Source of the DNA: Thermoanaerobaculia bacterium
GTDB lineage: Bacteria; Acidobacteriota; Thermoanaerobaculia; Gp7-AA8
Length of the DNA stretch: 64,000 nucleotides
Assembly (NCBI GenBank): GCA_035248585.1
Contig: DATFHJ010000107.1
Span: 2,523-66,522, forward strand
Direction: 5' to 3'
The notes under the pieces are model-generated. The model did not search any database and was not told where the DNA came from. It was given only the letters and a program-made list of their open reading frames with translations. Positions 53,101 to 61,457 of this stretch are shown here, piece after piece; position 1 is the stretch's first letter; each line of letters opens with the position of its first letter. A program made the position numbers and the translations under genes.

Positions 53101-53322
53101 CTGATTCGGCGGGAGCGTCACCGGCTCGGCGAAATCATGGCCGGCGATCGTCTGCGACAGCGGAACGATGCCGCCGAGAGACCAGGTCATGGCGACCGCC
53201 TCTCCCGTCTGCGCATCGGAAGCCGAGAACGATTGGATGGGATCGGAGCACTTCGGCGCGGCGAATGCGGGAAGACACAACAAACAGAGGAGCAACGCAA
53301 CAACCGTGGGGCGGACTCTCAT
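50140..53322 (-). CDS. Secreted Cys-patterned Ig-like repeat protein, paralogue 3 of 3 (1060 aa)
   Basis: Signal peptide MRVRPTVVALLLCLLCLPAFA. Modules include DFTGTAPFQGRWSDGVTFVT, EFTGTPPFSGRWSTGESFF and LRGVAPFTGAWSDTGETFTT, plus three ILSGQGT/IVSGQGT blocks. Confidence 0.8.
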   Translation of the reverse strand: MRVRPTVVALLLCLLCLPAFAAPKCSDPIQSFSASDAQTGEAVAMTWSLGGIVPLSQTIAGHDFAEPVTLPPNQLSYSYVPKLPGEKHVTLTVVTECGTFSLTRKYHVKQCNVVTPFLTVDKTTVAPGETINASIELEPGHTARWVVTNGAPSATSGAAIQIVAGASGSVGIEVFVSRGSSCEVSTGAAVAIVQPCSIAEPVLQSSPAQPVPNTTFRLTLMNPNPNETATFTASGAIVLQTTPAFIVVLAPASGSFTINVALTNGACSKTFSRSYTITPCNAAAVVSKVSGSCGTGIVAADFTGTAPFQGRWSDGVTFVTNDPHIERSVTRAGTYRITFFRDANCVGTSSGSATVSAAPPVPFIDVDPIAEGGYYGYDTCPGLVRGAQVLTPVPAGYEVVWSIQNGTILSGQGTPAVQFSGAAPGPSPLTAVLRNITDGCTSQPGSIPYITTLGTPEISVSVEPATIGPGGTAVVSVTRLNPYGRSSGVYSSLPFDTLQFLDDDGTVTRYEYRSSSGPGVATITAESSNACSQPATVTATLTIDASIPVIARANVRLIGSSCRDNAVFAEFTGTPPFSGRWSTGESFFGWDSYAFLYPTAPGTYTLTEFSDANGAGSINGSATYDYAPLPRPQISSQSPACPNSVVTATIANPIPGAAITWMTWNATILSGQGTDSVQVQLDGVDANVTAYFTTPESCSPDGFWFFDVIDSVQQPNFQLYGVYSGSSTEIYVSLDPNTETWAFENSLGDAMEIVSQITPTFYLVRYTSSHGPGDSTVRIYGTTTCGAPFEATAVMTVFPVPPTATLTSTPGAMCGATVTATLRGVAPFTGAWSDTGETFTTSDTTVTHFVRNTRYLRLRLTDATGLTSFSNEIYVETPVLPLLSINTTYLLCPGATTTVTAEGAPAGAEILWSLQGTSGRIVSGQGTSALVVEATEPGGIALSAFYRTADGCESNVTGSSGIFVPGPAANPAIALASDTITAGDGTDVTITFDASSYESLSWETSNGDPLYPVDSNGQTFMLRYVSENGPGTSTIRAYGTTLCGQSVESTATITIAPANP

Positions 53323-53492
53323 GCTTCACCTCAATGTTATTTGGCGATATGGGTTATACGCATATTACAGATAATTATTTGAATGTACAGCTGGCAGTAA
53401 TGGAAGATTTATGAAGTTCCACCATCCGGTTGCGCCGCGTGCAAAGCGGGAGTAGCGTTCGAGCCATCTTTGAAACGTCTGCGGAGGTCACC

Positions 53493-56400
53493 ATGAAACG
53501 GCAATGGCTGTTCTGGGCTGTGATCCTTCTCCTCTCGCTCCCCGTACTCGCGCAGTCGATCCCCACGTCCACGATCAGCGGCAAAGTCACGGCGGACGGC
53601 AACCCCCTGCCCGGCGTCACCGTCAGCGCGAGCTCCCCGAATCTGCAGGGGATACGCACCGCGGTAACGAGCGAGGCCGGCGACTATCTGATCCCGCTGC
53701 TCCCGCCGGGGAGCTACACGATCCAGTACGAGCTCGCCGGCATGCAGACGATGACGAAGAAACCGGTGCTCGCCGCCGGCCTCACGGAGCGTATCGACGT
53801 CGACTTGCGTCCCGCGGCGGTGGCGGAAGCCATCACCGTCACGGCGGACTCGCCGATGACCGCGGCCGTCGAGTCGACGCAGGTGAGCACGAACTTCAAC
53901 CAGGAGCTGATCGAGCAGCTGCCGGTGGCGCGCACGCTGGCGGGGATCACGCTCCTCGCACCGGGCGTGAACAGCAACGGGCCGGGCAACAACATCATCA
54001 TCTCCGGCGCGATGTCGTTCGACAGCCTCTATCTCGTCAACGGCGTGATCGTGAACGAGAACCTCCGCGGGCAGCCGCACAACCTCTTCATCGAAGACGC
54101 GATCCAGGAGACGACGGTGCTGACCGGCGGCATCTCCGCGGAGTTCGGCCACTTCACCGGCGGCGTGGTCAACACGTTGACGAAATCGGGCGGCAACCAG
54201 TTCAGCGGCAGCCTCCGCTCCACGCTGAACAACGAGGAGTGGGTGGCGAAGACGCCGCTCACGACCGACCAGGCCGACAAGATCAACTCCGTCTACGAAG
54301 GAACCCTCGGCGGGCCGGTCTTCCGCGACCGGCTCTGGTTCTTCGGCGCGGGCCGTCTCGCCGAGACCTCCGACATCCGCCAGACGGTTCTCGGCCTCTC
54401 CCGGCAGGGCGACCAGGACGCGAACGGCGTGCAGATCCCGATCGGCGCGCAGCTCGCGCCCGTCACCTATCCGCACGGCACCGACGAAACGCGGCTCGAA
54501 GGAAAGATCACCGGCTCGCTGACCGCGAAGCACACCGTCATCGGCTCGTTCCTCGACGTCGACGCGAGCGAGACGAATCAGACCGGCCAGGTGATCATGG
54601 ACCTCGACAGTCTCGTGGAAGAGCGCGAGACGCCGAACTCGCTCTTCGCGCTGAACTACAACGGCGTCTTCACCGACCGCTTCTTCGTCGAGGCGCAGTA
54701 TTCGAAGAAGGACTTCAAATTCGTCGGCAGCGGCTCGCCGTTCTACGACAACATCAAGGGCACGCTCATCACCGACCGCGCCCGCGCGACGCGCTACTGG
54801 TCGCCGACGTTCCGGGCCACGCCGGAAGGCGAAGAGCGCGACATCCGCGTCTACACCGCGAAGGGCACGTACTTTCTCTCCACGCCGCGCTTCGGCAGTC
54901 ACGAGGTGGCGGCCGGCTACGAGGACTTCAACGAAGTGCGCGCGGTGAACAACTATCAGAACGGCAGCGACTACCGCATCAGCGTGGCCAGCACGATCGT
55001 CCGCAACGGCGTGATCTATCCGCGCATGCCGGGCGGCACGGGCGGCCTGACGCGCATCAGCTGGCTCCCGATCTTCGTGCTCAGCGAGGGCTCCGACTAC
55101 ACCACGCGCTCCGTCTATCTGAACGACCGCTGGACGCTGAACAATCACTGGTCGTTCAACGCCGGCGTGCGCTACGACAAGAACGACACGATCAGCGGCG
55201 CCGGCACGTTCCAGATCGCCGATGACTCGTCGATCAACCCGCGTCTCGCCGCGCACTACGACCTCTTCGCGAACGGGAAGATCATCTTCAACGCCAGCTA
55301 CGGCACGTATGTCGGACGCCTCTCCGAGGGCGCGGCCAACGACGCCGATCCCGCGGGCCGCAACGCGTCGCTGCAGTGGAACTACATGGGGCCGAACATC
55401 AACAACGACGTGAATGCGCCGACCAGCTCCCTGATCGGAACGGAGGAGGCGATCCGCCGGGTGATGGACTGGTTCTTCCAGAACGGCGGCACCGGCCGCC
55501 GCCCGTTCCGTACCACGCCGAGCGTTCCGGGCGTGGAGAGCATTCTCGACGTCGACGGGCTGAAGTCGCCGATGGTGAAGGAGTACACGATCGGCGTCGG
55601 CAGCGCGATGGGCTCGCGCGGCTACGCCCGCGCCGACGTGATCTACCGCAACTGGGACAACTTCTATACGTCGTTCCGCGACCTGGCCACGGGCCAGGTC
55701 ACCGACACGCGGTTCGGCACCGGCGCGACGTACGACCTCTCGATCATCCGCAGCGACAGCGAGATCTACGACCGCGAGTACACGGCGGTGCAGACGCAGT
55801 TCAACTACCGGCTGCTCGAGCGTCTGCGCGTCGGCGGCACGTACACGTGGTCGCGCCTCGTCGGCAACGTCACCGGCGAAGACACGGGCAGCGGCCCGCT
55901 CGTCGGCATCGCCGGCGAATATCCGGAGTATCGCCGCGAGAGCTGGAACTATCCGACCGGATATCTGACCGGCGATCAGCGCCATCGCCTGCGGCTGTGG
56001 GCCGGCTACGACGTGCCGACCTCGTTCGGCGCATTCAACATCTCGCTGCTCCAGCACTTCGACTCCGGCACGCGCACGTCGATCGACGCCGACATCGACT
56101 CGCGTCCATACGTGACGAATCCCGGATACCTCACGCCGCCCGGCACGGTGACGTACTTTTTCGGCGGACGCGGGGCGATCAAGGCGGGCAACATCACCCG
56201 CACGGATCTGGCGATCAACTACAAGCTCGGCCTCGTGCGCGGCATCGAGCTGTTCATCCAGCCCGAGGTGATCAATCTCTTCAACGAGCAGGGCGTGCAG
56301 ACGTTCAACGAAGAAGTGCTGACCGCGGTCGACTGCGCGCCGCAGACCACCGGCAACCTCGCCGCGCCGTGTCCGGCGAAAGGCCTGCAGCCGTTCAACC

Positions 56401-56525
56401 CGTTCACCGAGAAGCCGGTGGAAGGCGTGAACTACATCAAGGGTCCGAACTTCGGGAAGGCTGACAGCGAAGCGGACTATCAAACGCCGAGGACGTTCCG
56501 CGTCTCGGTGGGACTGCGGTTCTGA
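53493..56525 (+). CDS. TonB-dependent receptor with an N-terminal carboxypeptidase-regulatory-like (CarboxypepD_reg) domain
   Basis: GGAGG lies upstream of the ATG at 53493, with signal peptide MKRQWLFWAVILLLSLPVLAQS. This is followed by ISGKVTADGNPLPGVTVSASSP...GDYLIPLLPPGSYTI, a plug region, and a barrel ending TPRTFRVSVGLRF. Confidence 0.9.
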   Translation: MKRQWLFWAVILLLSLPVLAQSIPTSTISGKVTADGNPLPGVTVSASSPNLQGIRTAVTSEAGDYLIPLLPPGSYTIQYELAGMQTMTKKPVLAAGLTERIDVDLRPAAVAEAITVTADSPMTAAVESTQVSTNFNQELIEQLPVARTLAGITLLAPGVNSNGPGNNIIISGAMSFDSLYLVNGVIVNENLRGQPHNLFIEDAIQETTVLTGGISAEFGHFTGGVVNTLTKSGGNQFSGSLRSTLNNEEWVAKTPLTTDQADKINSVYEGTLGGPVFRDRLWFFGAGRLAETSDIRQTVLGLSRQGDQDANGVQIPIGAQLAPVTYPHGTDETRLEGKITGSLTAKHTVIGSFLDVDASETNQTGQVIMDLDSLVEERETPNSLFALNYNGVFTDRFFVEAQYSKKDFKFVGSGSPFYDNIKGTLITDRARATRYWSPTFRATPEGEERDIRVYTAKGTYFLSTPRFGSHEVAAGYEDFNEVRAVNNYQNGSDYRISVASTIVRNGVIYPRMPGGTGGLTRISWLPIFVLSEGSDYTTRSVYLNDRWTLNNHWSFNAGVRYDKNDTISGAGTFQIADDSSINPRLAAHYDLFANGKIIFNASYGTYVGRLSEGAANDADPAGRNASLQWNYMGPNINNDVNAPTSSLIGTEEAIRRVMDWFFQNGGTGRRPFRTTPSVPGVESILDVDGLKSPMVKEYTIGVGSAMGSRGYARADVIYRNWDNFYTSFRDLATGQVTDTRFGTGATYDLSIIRSDSEIYDREYTAVQTQFNYRLLERLRVGGTYTWSRLVGNVTGEDTGSGPLVGIAGEYPEYRRESWNYPTGYLTGDQRHRLRLWAGYDVPTSFGAFNISLLQHFDSGTRTSIDADIDSRPYVTNPGYLTPPGTVTYFFGGRGAIKAGNITRTDLAINYKLGLVRGIELFIQPEVINLFNEQGVQTFNEEVLTAVDCAPQTTGNLAAPCPAKGLQPFNPFTEKPVEGVNYIKGPNFGKADSEADYQTPRTFRVSVGLRF

Positions 56526-56551
56526 GGCGAGGTGTTATACTCCGCGGGCTT

Positions 56552-56617
56552 ATGAACCGAACGACGGGCACCGGACAGACGCGAACGACGAGCACCACGC
56601 TCGCGCCCTGTCGATGA
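56552..56617 (+). promoter_or_regulatory. Candidate thrS leader peptide ORF, MNRTTGTGQTRTTSTTLAPCR (8 Thr codons in 21)
   Basis: ATG at 56552 and TGA at 56615-56617. Its 3' end contains GCCCTGTC (56605-56612), identical to the 3' arm of the downstream terminator and complementary to its 5' arm. Confidence 0.45.
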
Positions 56618-56649
56618 TCGTCTACTGAGACAGTCAGAAAGATCAACGA

Positions 56650-56678
56650 GACAGGGCTTCGGCCCTGTCTTTTGTTTT
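56650..56678 (+). terminator. Intrinsic terminator/attenuator hairpin upstream of thrS
   Basis: GACAGGGC-TTCG-GCCCTGTC is followed by TTTTGTTTT. Confidence 0.7.
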
Positions 56679-56680
56679 AT

Positions 56681-56733
56681 GGAGCGGCGGGCTTCAGCCC
56701 GCCGGATGCCGGCGGGCTAAAGCCCGCCGCTCC
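56681..56733. repeat. Family A double-hairpin palindromic element, intergenic copy directly upstream of thrS
   Basis: GGAGCGGCGGGCTTCAGCCCGCC-GGATGCC-GGCGGGCTAAAGCCCGCCGCTCC. Confidence 0.85.
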
Positions 56734-56756
56734 ACACAAGCGATGCGAGGTTTCTC

Positions 56757-58670
56757 ATGAACGTGCAACTGCCCGATGGCTCCGTAAAAGAAATCGCCGA
56801 GAACGCGACCGTCGCCGACGTCGCGGCGTCGATCGGCAAGCGGCTGGCGAAAGATGCGATTGCCGGCAAAGTGAACGGCAAGGTGGTCGACGTCTACGCG
56901 CCCGTTCCCGACGGCGCGAAGATCGAGATCGTCACTGCGAAGACCGAGGCCGGGCTCGACACCATCCGCCACTCCACCGCCCACCTCATGGCCATGGCGG
57001 TCCAGGAGCTGTTTCCCGGAACCCAGGTCACCATCGGCCCGGTGATCGAGAACGGCTTCTTCTACGACTTCGGCACCGATCGTCCGTTCACCGACGAAGA
57101 CCTGCGCCGCATCGAGGAGAAGATGGCTGAGATCGTGAAGCGCGACCTTCCAGTCCGGCGCGAGGAGTGGAGCCGCGACGAAGCGATCAAGCTCTTCGAC
57201 CAGCTCGGCGAAAAGTACAAGGTGGAGATCATCCAGGCCATCCCCGGCGATGAAAAGCTGTCCGTCTATCGCCAGGGCGAGTGGTTCGATCTCTGCCGCG
57301 GGCCGCACGTCCCCTCCACCGGCCGCCTCGGCGCGTTCAAGCTCCTCTCCGTCGCCGGCGCGTACTGGCGCGGCGACGAGCGCAATGCCATGCTGCAGCG
57401 CATCTACGGCACCGCCTGGGCCGACAAGGAGCAGCTCGACGCGCATCTCCAGCAGCTCGAGCAGGCCAGGGCCCGCGATCACCGCAAGCTCGGCAAGGAG
57501 CTGGGGCTGTTCATGTTCAGCCACTTCGCGCCGTCGATGCCGATCTTCCTGCCGCGCGGCACCGTGATCTACAACGAGCTGATCGACTTCGTGCGCGAGA
57601 AATACCGGCGCGATGGATACACCGAGGTCATCGCGCCGATCATCTTCGACACCGAGCTGTTCAAGATCTCGGGCCACTACGACAACTACCGCGACAACAT
57701 GTTCTTCTCGGAGATCGAGGAGCGCGAGTACGGCGTGAAGCCGATGAACTGCCCCGGCCACACCCAGGTCTTCGCGCTGGAGCGGCGCTCGTATCGCGAT
57801 CTGCCGATCCGCCTCGCGGAGTTCACCCGTCTGCACCGCTACGAGCGCTCGGGCGTGACTCACGGACTCGTGCGCGTGCGCTCGTTCGCGCAGGATGACG
57901 CGCATCTCTTCGTGACTCCGGAGCAGATCGAGGAGGAGATCGACCGCGAGCTGCGGCTGATCAGCGAGATCTACGACACCTTCGGATTCAGCGACGTGCG
58001 CATCGCACTGTCGACCCGTCCGGAAAAGCGCATCGGCAACGACGAGCTGTGGGACAACGCCGAGTCGGCGCTGGAGAACGCGCTGAAGAAGAACAATCTC
58101 GAGTACCACATCAATCCGGGCGAGGGCGCGTTCTACGGGCCGAAGCTCGAGTTCCAGGTGCACGATGCGATCGGCCGACCGTGGCAGCTCGGCACCGTGC
58201 AACTCGACTACACCCTCCCCGAGCGCTTCCAGCTCGAGTACATCGGCGCGGACAATCACCCGCACCGGCCGGTGATGATCCACCGCGCGATCCTCGGCTC
58301 GCTCGAGCGGTTCATCGGCATCATCATCGAGCACTTCGCCGGCGCGTTCCCGTTCTGGCTCGCGCCCGTGCAGATGCGCGTCCTCCCGCTGTCCGAGAAG
58401 TTCACCGACTACGCCGCACAGGTCGCGGAGAAGCTGAAAGCCGCGAACCTGCGCGTCGAAGTCGACCAGAGCAACGAGAAGCTCGGCGCGAAGATCCGTG
58501 ACGCGCAGCTGCAGAAGGTGCCGTTCATGCTCGTGGTGGGCGAGAAAGAAGCCGCCGCCGGAACCGTGACTCTCCGCAAACGCAGCGGCGGCGACCAGCC
58601 GACTCTGAGCGTCGAGGATGTGATCGCGATGGCGCAGGAGCTGGCGCGCACGCGCGCGCTAACGCTTTAG
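56757..58670 (+). CDS. thrS: Threonine--tRNA ligase
   Basis: TGS domain (MNVQLPDGSVKE...), editing-domain HSTAHLMA, class II motifs (FRGE-type RLHRYERSGVTHGLVRVRSF; GEGAFYGPK) and a C-terminal anticodon-binding domain. Confidence 0.95.
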   Translation: MNVQLPDGSVKEIAENATVADVAASIGKRLAKDAIAGKVNGKVVDVYAPVPDGAKIEIVTAKTEAGLDTIRHSTAHLMAMAVQELFPGTQVTIGPVIENGFFYDFGTDRPFTDEDLRRIEEKMAEIVKRDLPVRREEWSRDEAIKLFDQLGEKYKVEIIQAIPGDEKLSVYRQGEWFDLCRGPHVPSTGRLGAFKLLSVAGAYWRGDERNAMLQRIYGTAWADKEQLDAHLQQLEQARARDHRKLGKELGLFMFSHFAPSMPIFLPRGTVIYNELIDFVREKYRRDGYTEVIAPIIFDTELFKISGHYDNYRDNMFFSEIEEREYGVKPMNCPGHTQVFALERRSYRDLPIRLAEFTRLHRYERSGVTHGLVRVRSFAQDDAHLFVTPEQIEEEIDRELRLISEIYDTFGFSDVRIALSTRPEKRIGNDELWDNAESALENALKKNNLEYHINPGEGAFYGPKLEFQVHDAIGRPWQLGTVQLDYTLPERFQLEYIGADNHPHRPVMIHRAILGSLERFIGIIIEHFAGAFPFWLAPVQMRVLPLSEKFTDYAAQVAEKLKAANLRVEVDQSNEKLGAKIRDAQLQKVPFMLVVGEKEAAAGTVTLRKRSGGDQPTLSVEDVIAMAQELARTRALTL

Positions 58671-60005
58671 CACCACCCGCTCGCCGGCTGCGTTCTCGAG
58701 GACGTAGCCGGCGTCCGTTTTTCGCGCCGTGATCACGCTGTCGGTCGCGGGATCGTAGCTCGCGTAGGTTCCGTTGCCCGTGGGACGGAACCGGCGCATG
58801 GCCGACGGCGGGACGCCTTTCGCAACGGCCAGCACCTTCGTGCCGTCGGTGATGACGCGCTGGATCGTGTCGCCGGTGCGGACGAAGGTCTGGAGGTTGC
58901 GCGCGCTGCTCGGATGGCGCGTCGTGCCGAGGATCTCGAACGGCTCGCTCATCTGCTGCTTGACCAGCGTTTCGGCGTTCGCCGCGGCCGCGCGCTGTTC
59001 GGGCGTGAGCGACCAGAGAAGCGAGAGCGCTTGCTGGGAGTCGCCGATGGGCAGCACGTCCTTGCCGCGAACGACCGGCGGCGGCAGGACGTACGGCTGG
59101 CGCGCGAGGATGCGCTCGACGTTCTTCTCGATCGGCAGGTGCCAGCCGGTATTGCGATTGATGAGATAGATCAACACCGCGTCGTGCTCGCGGTAGTACG
59201 CGAGCATGCTGATGAAGCTCGCGCGTACGAGGCCGCCGCGATAGATCTTGTTCGGTGGAGTATTCCAGCCGTATCGCTGAAGCTCGGGATGCTTGGTCAG
59301 CCACCGCCACCAGCGCTCGAGGTCCGCGGCCGTGGTGAGAATCCCGGCCGCGCCGAACGTGTACTTGCCGCCCCACATCGGCGCGTTCGGGCCGTTGCGC
59401 ACGAGCGGCTCCGCGGGCTCGAGCTCCTCGTCGGAGTTGCCGGTGAATGCGGCGGCGATCGCTTCGCCCGGCAGCGCGGGCTCGGTCCAGAAGCGGCTCT
59501 CGCGCATGCCCGCGGGCTCGAGGAGATGCGCGCGCGCGTACCCGGCGAACGGCTGTCCGCTCGCGCGCTCGACGATGCCGAGGAGCAGACCGTAGCCGAA
59601 ATTCGAGTACGAATAGCGCTCGCCCGGCGCGGCGACGAGCTTCGCCTTTGCCGCGGCATCAAACAAGTCATCGGTGGAATTCGGCGGATCGAGCGGCAGA
59701 CCGGAGGTGTGCGTGAGCAGTTGATGGATCGTGATCGGGCCGGCCACGGTGTCGGACGTACGAAGGCGTCCCTGTGCTTCGAGCTGCAGGATCGCCGCGG
59801 CGACGAACGTTTTCATGATCGAGCCGGCGTCGTAGCGCTGGTGGACCGTCGCGCGGCCGAAGGCGTCGTGCGTCAGGACCCGGCCGTGCTTCGACACGAG
59901 CGCGACTCCGTCGAAGCCGTACATCGCGTAGCGGGAGAGGAGAGTGTGGGTTTCGGAAGAAGCGCAGCCGGTGAGCAGAAACAGCGTGAGAACGAGGGAA
60001 CGCAA
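58659..60005 (-). CDS. Serine hydrolase of the beta-lactamase/PBP (class C-like) family, lipoprotein
   Basis: The TTG at 60005 is preceded by GGAGG. It has a lipobox LFLLTGC, an SxxK motif (GSIMKTF) and a YSN motif (YSYSNFGY). Confidence 0.8.
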   Translation of the reverse strand: MRSLVLTLFLLTGCASSETHTLLSRYAMYGFDGVALVSKHGRVLTHDAFGRATVHQRYDAGSIMKTFVAAAILQLEAQGRLRTSDTVAGPITIHQLLTHTSGLPLDPPNSTDDLFDAAAKAKLVAAPGERYSYSNFGYGLLLGIVERASGQPFAGYARAHLLEPAGMRESRFWTEPALPGEAIAAAFTGNSDEELEPAEPLVRNGPNAPMWGGKYTFGAAGILTTAADLERWWRWLTKHPELQRYGWNTPPNKIYRGGLVRASFISMLAYYREHDAVLIYLINRNTGWHLPIEKNVERILARQPYVLPPPVVRGKDVLPIGDSQQALSLLWSLTPEQRAAAANAETLVKQQMSEPFEILGTTRHPSSARNLQTFVRTGDTIQRVITDGTKVLAVAKGVPPSAMRRFRPTGNGTYASYDPATDSVITARKTDAGYVLENAAGERVVLKR

Positions 60006-60051
60006 TGGAAAGGGCCTCCACGGCGTTCAGACGCCGCGGACACGCATTCGT

Positions 60052-60081
60052 TTGACAATGCGAGGCGGTTGTCCGTACATT
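60052..60081 (+). promoter_or_regulatory. Candidate sigma-70-type promoter for infC (TTGACA-N18-TACATT)
   Basis: A perfect -35 hexamer lies at 60052-60057 and a -10-like TACATT at 60076-60081, ~30 nt upstream of the proposed infC start. Confidence 0.45.
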
Positions 60082-60110
60082 GATCGACCCAACAACAGGA
60101 GGACTAACGT

Positions 60111-60665
<555 letters not shown>

Positions 60666-60713
60666 GGATCAGGAGCAGGTCTCAGGTATCAGGCGGCGAG
60701 AGCTTACGACTCA

Positions 60714-60755
60714 TAAGACCTAAGACCTAAGACCTAATACCTAAGACCTAGAGCC
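60714..60755. repeat. Six tandem copies of the heptamer TAAGACC (two degenerate) in the infC-rpmI spacer
   Basis: The units are TAAGACC x3, TAATACC, TAAGACC, TAGAGCC. The array is complementary (14/16) to GGTCTCAGGTATCAGG at 60678-60693. Confidence 0.8.
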
Positions 60756-60813
60756 GACCCGGGAATCCCTACCGGCACAACTTGGTTACGCACCAGGCTT
60801 TAAGAGGACAGCT

Positions 60814-61011
60814 ATGCCTAAGATGAAGACACATCGCGGAGCCGCGAAACGGTTCAAAAAGACCGGTTCGGGCAAACTGCAGCGCAATCACGCCTTCCAT
60901 TCGCACATCCTGACGAAGAAGTCGCCGGGGCGGAAGTCCAAGCTCGCCGGCGAAGTCGAAGTCTCGCCCGCGAATGCGAAGACCGTGAAGCGCATGCTGC
61001 CGTACAAGTAA
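60814..61011 (+). CDS. rpmI: 50S ribosomal protein L35
   Basis: [24 protein letters not shown]... is the canonical L35 sequence. Confidence 0.95.
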   Translation: MPKMKTHRGAAKRFKKTGSGKLQRNHAFHSHILTKKSPGRKSKLAGEVEVSPANAKTVKRMLPYK

Positions 61012-61091
61012 GTACGGCCCAAACGGAGCGCGTACCGGGTAACACCTACTCCTGACCCGGCCGCTCGAAACGAAAGGAAACGAGGAGAACC

Positions 61092-61451
61092 ATGGCAAGA
61101 GTCAAACGAGGTCCCAAGAGAAAGAACCGCCGCGCCAAAATCCTGAAGCTCGCCAAGGGCTTCTACGGGATGAAGTCGCGCGGACACCGGATTGCGAAGC
61201 AGGCCGTCGACAAGGCGCTGAACTCGGCGTTTACCGGCCGCAAGGATCGCAAGGGTGAGTTCCGCAAGCTCTGGATCGCCCGCATCAACGCCGCCGCGCG
61301 CCAGAACGGGATGTCCTACTCCAAGTTCATCAGCGGACTGAAAGCTGCCGGCAACACGATGGACCGCAAGGTCCTCGCCGACATCGCGGTGAAAGACAGC
61401 GCCGCCTTCGCGGCGCTGGCCGAGACCGCGAAAGCGGCGCACGCAAAATAG
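61092..61451 (+). CDS. rplT: 50S ribosomal protein L20
   Basis: [26 protein letters not shown]...[13 protein letters not shown] is the canonical L20 sequence. Confidence 0.95.
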   Translation: MARVKRGPKRKNRRAKILKLAKGFYGMKSRGHRIAKQAVDKALNSAFTGRKDRKGEFRKLWIARINAAARQNGMSYSKFISGLKAAGNTMDRKVLADIAVKDSAAFAALAETAKAAHAK

Positions 61452-61457
61452 GGCGCG

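Noticed and set aside
53380-53400. Sigma-54 promoter-like TGGCAG in the AT-rich divergent region upstream of the TonB-dependent receptor
   Set aside because: The sequence is TGGCAG-TAATG-GAAG and lacks the -12 TTGC/GC element at the required spacing.
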